Assembly: GCF_006345805.1 (NCBI RefSeq)
Contig: NC_042999.1
Span: forward strand, 92,194,001 to 92,258,000
From: Octopus sinensis
Lineage: Eukaryota
Reading direction: 5' to 3'
Length of the DNA stretch: 64,000 nucleotides
Shown here: positions 63,929 to 64,000 of the stretch, piece by piece
Layout of the letters: every line of letters begins with the position of its first letter
Numbering within the stretch: the stretch's first letter is position 1
Program-made: the position numbers and the translations under genes
Notes under the pieces: model-generated
The model's input: only the letters and a program-made list of their open reading frames with translations
Databases searched by the model: none
What the model was told of the DNA's origin: nothing

Positions 63929-64000
63929 ATAACGGATTTTTAGAAATTTCTATCGGTTTCAAGATGCATAAATTATAATGGTTATTGACAATTTTGTCTT

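Larger units (their letters stand above)
63113..64000. mobile_element. Three alternating-orientation copies of a ~290-bp hammerhead-bearing unit (Penelope pLTR/retrozyme-like), with an RTE tail (63385-63522, -) between the first two
   Basis: + copy 63113-63385 (hammerhead 5' half missing), - copy ~63545-63839, + copy 63871 to the window end; a few mismatches between copies. Confidence 0.8.

Overview
AT-rich, repeat-dense animal genomic DNA; the SINE and RTE-tail families look octopod/coleoid-cephalopod-like, which is an inference from recalled repeat consensus sequences. One host gene is recognisable: four in-frame minus-strand coding exons (36104-36205, 27733-27984, 14056-14169, 13391-13561) encoding the C-terminal half of an M1AP (meiosis 1 associated protein) homologue; its upstream exons were not located. 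Most of the rest is decayed mobile DNA: mariner and maT-type Tc1/mariner copies, Helitrons, RTE, CR1, R4/Dong and Penelope-like retroelements, SINEs, MITEs and microsatellites. The standout is a non-coding ~3.1-kb tandem array of ~500-bp units (36486-39590) in an M1AP intron. Every unit carries a complete, well-paired type I hammerhead ribozyme (GUA cleavage site, extended stem II) on the strand antisense to M1AP, plus an adjacent candidate H-type pseudoknot; this is the architecture of a circRNA-producing non-LTR retrozyme. Several unrelated hammerhead-like motifs also occur, including two fold-back elements with outward-pointing hammerhead cores on both strands (5148-5388; 63545-64000). All RNA structures were paired by eye and none has been tested.
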